Positions 60,671-64,000 of a stretch of DNA of 64,000 nt are shown in pieces. Position 1 is the first letter of the stretch. Each line of letters opens with the position of its first letter. Made by a program: the position numbers and the translations under genes. The stretch is from an uncultured Verrucomicrobiae bacterium. Lineage in GTDB: Bacteria > Verrucomicrobiota > Verrucomicrobiia > Chthoniobacterales > Chthoniobacteraceae. The stretch is taken from contig CAVYKI010000009.1 in the NCBI GenBank assembly GCA_963769025.1, forward strand, positions 1,088,001-1,152,000, written 5' to 3'. The notes under the pieces are model-generated. The model did not search any database. It worked only from the letters and a program-made list of their open reading frames with translations, and had not been told where the DNA came from.

Positions 60671-62014
60671 TCATGCGCTCTTGCGGATGGTCGCCGCATC
60701 GCCGGACAGCACGTCGCCCACGGTCCGGACGAGCTTGGAAATCTCGTACGGCTTGGCCACCGCGGCGCCGAATCCGTGCTTGCGGCAATCGCGCATCACC
60801 GGATCGCCGTCGTATCCGCTGGAGACGATGGCCTTGATGTCCGGGTCGATGGTCCGCAGCTTTTGCAGCGCCTGGATGCCATTCATGTCTCCTGGCAGGC
60901 TGAGGTCGCAAATCACGAGTGAGAATGGCTGGCCTGAACGCGTCGCCTCCTCGCAGGCTTGAATCGCGATCGCCGTGGAAGTCGCCGGCGTCACTTCAAA
61001 TCCCGACGCGTCGAGCGCGCTCGCCACGAGGAGACAGATGGCCTCCTCGTCATCGAGAATCAAAATGCGCGACGGACCGGAAGGATGGGACGATTCCAGC
61101 TTCGGCGCCGCCTGCATGATTGGCATCGGCAAAATCGTGCAGCCCACATCGGCCCTCCCGGACGAGACCGTTTCGTCACCTTCGCCCGGTTGGATGAGGG
61201 ACTGCAGTTTCTGGCTGAGCACCTGCGCGCGGACGGCGGTCTTCTTGGCAGTCAGCACGCGCCCGTGCGTCGCCGGGTCGCCGGGCCTGGCCATCAGGAT
61301 GAGGGACAGATTGCCGAGCACCGAAGTGAGCTCGTTGTTCAGGTCATGCGTGAATTTCCCGACGGCGTCGTTCAATTCCAATTTCCGAGGCGACTTCTTC
61401 AGCGGATCACGGGGAAATGCCTCCCGGGTCTCGTGAAGGATCGCCAGGTAGCCCCTGCCGCCGTTCATATCGACCGGCGAAAGCAGCATCTCCACCTGCG
61501 CAAATGCCTCCTCGCCGCGCCGTGCGGTCGTTTCAAAGTTTGCAGGCCCGTGCTTCGTCAGTTCACCCAGGGACAGCGGTTGCGCCATGACCTTCGTGAG
61601 TGGTTCGCCGATGAATTCCTCCGCGTCCCGGTCAAACAGTTCCTCCGCTGCCGGATTCGCCGCGCGGATGCTGCCCTCCGAGGAAAGCACAAGCACCGCC
61701 TCGTCGGTCATCATCAGCAGCGCGCGCAATTCCGCCTCCGCGTTTTCAGCACGGCGGCGCAGTTCCTCCTCCCGCTGATGCATGTGCCGGTAAAGAAGCG
61801 CCGCCGAAAGTCCGAGAATCCCGGCACCCACCGCGAGGATCGCCGTGAAAGCCGATTCCGGCGCGATCTCCACAGCCGCGATGGCGTGTCCGTGAAAAGG
61901 GCCGGCAAGCAGGGCTGCACAACCGAACGCGTGGCCTCCCACGGGTTTCTTCGCCGGTTTGGCAAAGGCTCGGATCGAGCGAGCTAGGATGGACTGACTG
62001 GGCTGTTTTCGCAT
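60671..62014 (-). CDS. TM-PAS-HisKA-REC signalling protein lacking the HATPase domain
   Basis: PAS (ANPAAEELF), FTHDLNN H-box, then a short linker straight into ILILDDE...DLSLPG receiver. Confidence 0.85.
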   Translation of the reverse strand: MRKQPSQSILARSIRAFAKPAKKPVGGHAFGCAALLAGPFHGHAIAAVEIAPESAFTAILAVGAGILGLSAALLYRHMHQREEELRRRAENAEAELRALLMMTDEAVLVLSSEGSIRAANPAAEELFDRDAEEFIGEPLTKVMAQPLSLGELTKHGPANFETTARRGEEAFAQVEMLLSPVDMNGGRGYLAILHETREAFPRDPLKKSPRKLELNDAVGKFTHDLNNELTSVLGNLSLILMARPGDPATHGRVLTAKKTAVRAQVLSQKLQSLIQPGEGDETVSSGRADVGCTILPMPIMQAAPKLESSHPSGPSRILILDDEEAICLLVASALDASGFEVTPATSTAIAIQACEEATRSGQPFSLVICDLSLPGDMNGIQALQKLRTIDPDIKAIVSSGYDGDPVMRDCRKHGFGAAVAKPYEISKLVRTVGDVLSGDAATIRKSA

Positions 62015-62029
62015 GGCTGCCTCCGAGAG

Positions 62030-62045
62030 AGCCAGCCACGTGCCA
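62030..62045 (-). promoter_or_regulatory. Putative sigma54 promoter
   Basis: TGGCACGTGGCTGGCT, one mismatch to TGGCACG-N4-TTGCT. Confidence 0.55.
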
Positions 62046-62067
62046 AACTATGACAATTATAATCCGT

Positions 62068-62592
62068 CTAGTAAATCACCATGCTTACCACTGGAGTAGG
62101 GCAGACATTCTTCCGCCCATCGAGAAACCCCAGTTCCATCAAAAACTGCGCCCTCACCACCTCAGCACCACTTTGGCCGAGGAGTTTCACTGCCGCAGCT
62201 GCCGTTCCGCCGGTTGCAAGCACATCATCGATCAACGCCACCTTCTCCCCTGGCTCCACCCCGTCCACATGCATCTCCACGACAGACTCGCCATATTCGA
62301 GCGTGTAGGCCGCCGAACGCGTCGTCCAAGGGAGCTTGCCCTTCTTGCGGATCGGGATGAACCCGAGCCCAAGTTTGTACGCCACCGCGCCTGCGAAGAT
62401 GAAGCCCCGCGCGTCGATCCCGACCACCTTCGACACACCAAGGCCGCTCAGTTCATCCGCAAACCGATCCACGACGTCCTGAAACAGCTTTCCGTCGGAA
62501 AGCACGGGAGTGATGTCTTTAAAAACGATTCCCGCTTTTGGGAAATCTTGCACGTCGCGGATGGCGGCACGGAGCCGGGCGTTAAAGTCCAT
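62068..62592 (-). CDS. apt: Adenine phosphoribosyltransferase
   Basis: DFPKAGIVFKDIT, IDARGF, RKKGKLP, LEYG, DDVLATGGT. Confidence 0.97.
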   Translation of the reverse strand: MDFNARLRAAIRDVQDFPKAGIVFKDITPVLSDGKLFQDVVDRFADELSGLGVSKVVGIDARGFIFAGAVAYKLGLGFIPIRKKGKLPWTTRSAAYTLEYGESVVEMHVDGVEPGEKVALIDDVLATGGTAAAAVKLLGQSGAEVVRAQFLMELGFLDGRKNVCPTPVVSMVIY

Positions 62593-62640
62593 GGATTGCA
62601 TTTGGCAGAGCGCGGGCCGCGGCGCAAGTCCGACGCAGCG

Positions 62641-64000
62641 TCACGCCACGCCGCCCGCGCTTTCGCCGTTTTCGCTGTGAAGATCGCCGCTCTTGCCAAA
62701 GCTCTCCGCGATGCTCGGCACGGGCGTCGCATTTTCAGCACCGAGAATGTCCCGGCTCTCGTGCGCCTCGTCGCGCGCGCGGAATTTCACGCCGACCAGC
62801 TTCGAAACGCCGTGCTCCTCCATCGTCACGCCGTAGAGCGCGTCGGCCCGCGCGATGGTGCGCTTGTTGTGGCTGATGACCACGAACTGGCTCTGGGCCA
62901 CGAACCGGTCGAGAATCTTGATGAACCGGTTGATGTTCGACTCGTCCAGCGGCGCATCCATTTCGTCCAGCACGCAGAACGGCGACGGCTTCACCATGTA
63001 AATGGAGAACAGCAGCGCGACGGCCGTCATCGTCTTCTCGCCGCCCGAAAGCAGCGTGATGCTCTGGAGCTGCTTGCCCGGCGGCTTTGCGATGATGTCG
63101 ATGCCGCTCTCCAGCGGGTCATCCTCCATCGTGAGGATGAGGTTCGCCTGCCCGCCGCCGAACAGCTCCTTGAACATCTCCTGGAAGTTCACGCGGATCT
63201 TCTCAAACGTGTCCGCGAAGAGCGTCTTGGTCGTCGTGTTGATCTTGTTGATCACGCCGATCAGCTCTTCCTTCGCCGAGGTCGTGTCGCCGATCTGCGT
63301 TTCGAGGAAAGTGTGGCGCTGCTCGAGCTCCTCGAATTCCGCGATGGCGTCGAGGTTCACCGGCCCCATGCCCGCGAGCCGCGTGTCGAGTTCGCGCACG
63401 ATGGTCTCGATGCGCATCCAGTCGATCGTGTCGGACACCGGCGCCTCGCTGACCTCCACGCTTTCGGACAGCGCCTCCGCCGTCGGATCCCCGGCTTCCG
63501 CAGTCCCCTCGCCGCCCGCCTCCGTCTGCGTTTCAAATTTCCGCACGCGCTTCCCGATTTCCCGCATGCACGACGCGAGCGCGTAGCCGTCCGGCACGAA
63601 TTCGCGCAGCGTGAGCTGGTAGCGCTTCTGAATGTGGTCATCGATCGAGGCCGCCTTCAGTTCGAGCTGCGTCGAGCGCACCTCGATCGCCCCGCGCTGC
63701 TCCATGCAGTGCGACTGCTCGCGGCGGAGCTGGCGCATCCGCTCCGCCATCTCCTCCGCGGCGGCGACGACCCCGGCGCGCTCCTCCTGCAACGTCGCGA
63801 CATGCTCGTTCGCCTCGCCGATGCTCGCGCGAAGGCGCTCCATGTTTGCCTCGATCTCAAACTTCTCCGCTTCGAGCGCACCCGCGCGCTCCTCGTAATT
63901 CTGGATGTCGCGCTGCCGCTGCTCGATCAGTTCGCGCAGTTCGCCGATGCGCGCCTCCATCGGCTGCCGCTGGTGATGCAGCGAGGAATGCCGCTGCCGC
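62641..64000 (-). CDS. smc: Chromosome segregation protein SMC, C-terminal part (5' end outside the window)
   Basis: Coiled coil, GPVNLDAI, KPPGK, LSGGEK, LDEMDAPLD, ISH. Confidence 0.96.
   Translation of the reverse strand, partial: RQRHSSLHHQRQPMEARIGELRELIEQRQRDIQNYEERAGALEAEKFEIEANMERLRASIGEANEHVATLQEERAGVVAAAEEMAERMRQLRREQSHCMEQRGAIEVRSTQLELKAASIDDHIQKRYQLTLREFVPDGYALASCMREIGKRVRKFETQTEAGGEGTAEAGDPTAEALSESVEVSEAPVSDTIDWMRIETIVRELDTRLAGMGPVNLDAIAEFEELEQRHTFLETQIGDTTSAKEELIGVINKINTTTKTLFADTFEKIRVNFQEMFKELFGGGQANLILTMEDDPLESGIDIIAKPPGKQLQSITLLSGGEKTMTAVALLFSIYMVKPSPFCVLDEMDAPLDESNINRFIKILDRFVAQSQFVVISHNKRTIARADALYGVTMEEHGVSKLVGVKFRARDEAHESRDILGAENATPVPSIAESFGKSGDLHSENGESAGGVA

Overview
GC-rich bacterial chromosomal window, most likely Verrucomicrobiota (Chthoniobacter/Spartobacteria-like; inferred from the LpxC-FabZ fusion, a PVC-specific conserved protein, sulfatases, a PVC-type secreted beta-propeller protein and DUF1080). 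Most of it is housekeeping: asd, lpxA, lpxC-fabZ, gpmI, rpsU, ccsA-hemA-hemC-cobA/hemD, class I lysS, RNase P RNA, gpsA, plsY, clpC, parB, apt and the 3' part of smc. It also has two-component clusters and one intact IS5 element. Two loci stand out. (1) At 13.0-17.3 kb, a three-gene operon encodes GrpE, a lid-less Hsp70 with a rebuilt interdomain linker, and a protein joining an HPD-less J-like domain, two TerB-like repeats and a non-catalytic FGE/C-type-lectin domain. It is preceded by a sigma54-like site. (2) At 35.2-39.1 kb, an island has two ~220-bp, ~90% identical repeats (promoter-like leader plus a truncated TIR start carrying a conserved 42-nt insert), each heading different defence/TA cargo (GmrSD-like nuclease; DUF433 and a ParE-type TA pair). 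A 23-unit 21-bp tandem array lies directly upstream. Several genes carry single-base frameshifts that look like consensus errors. Family assignments come from motif recognition only; no searches were run.
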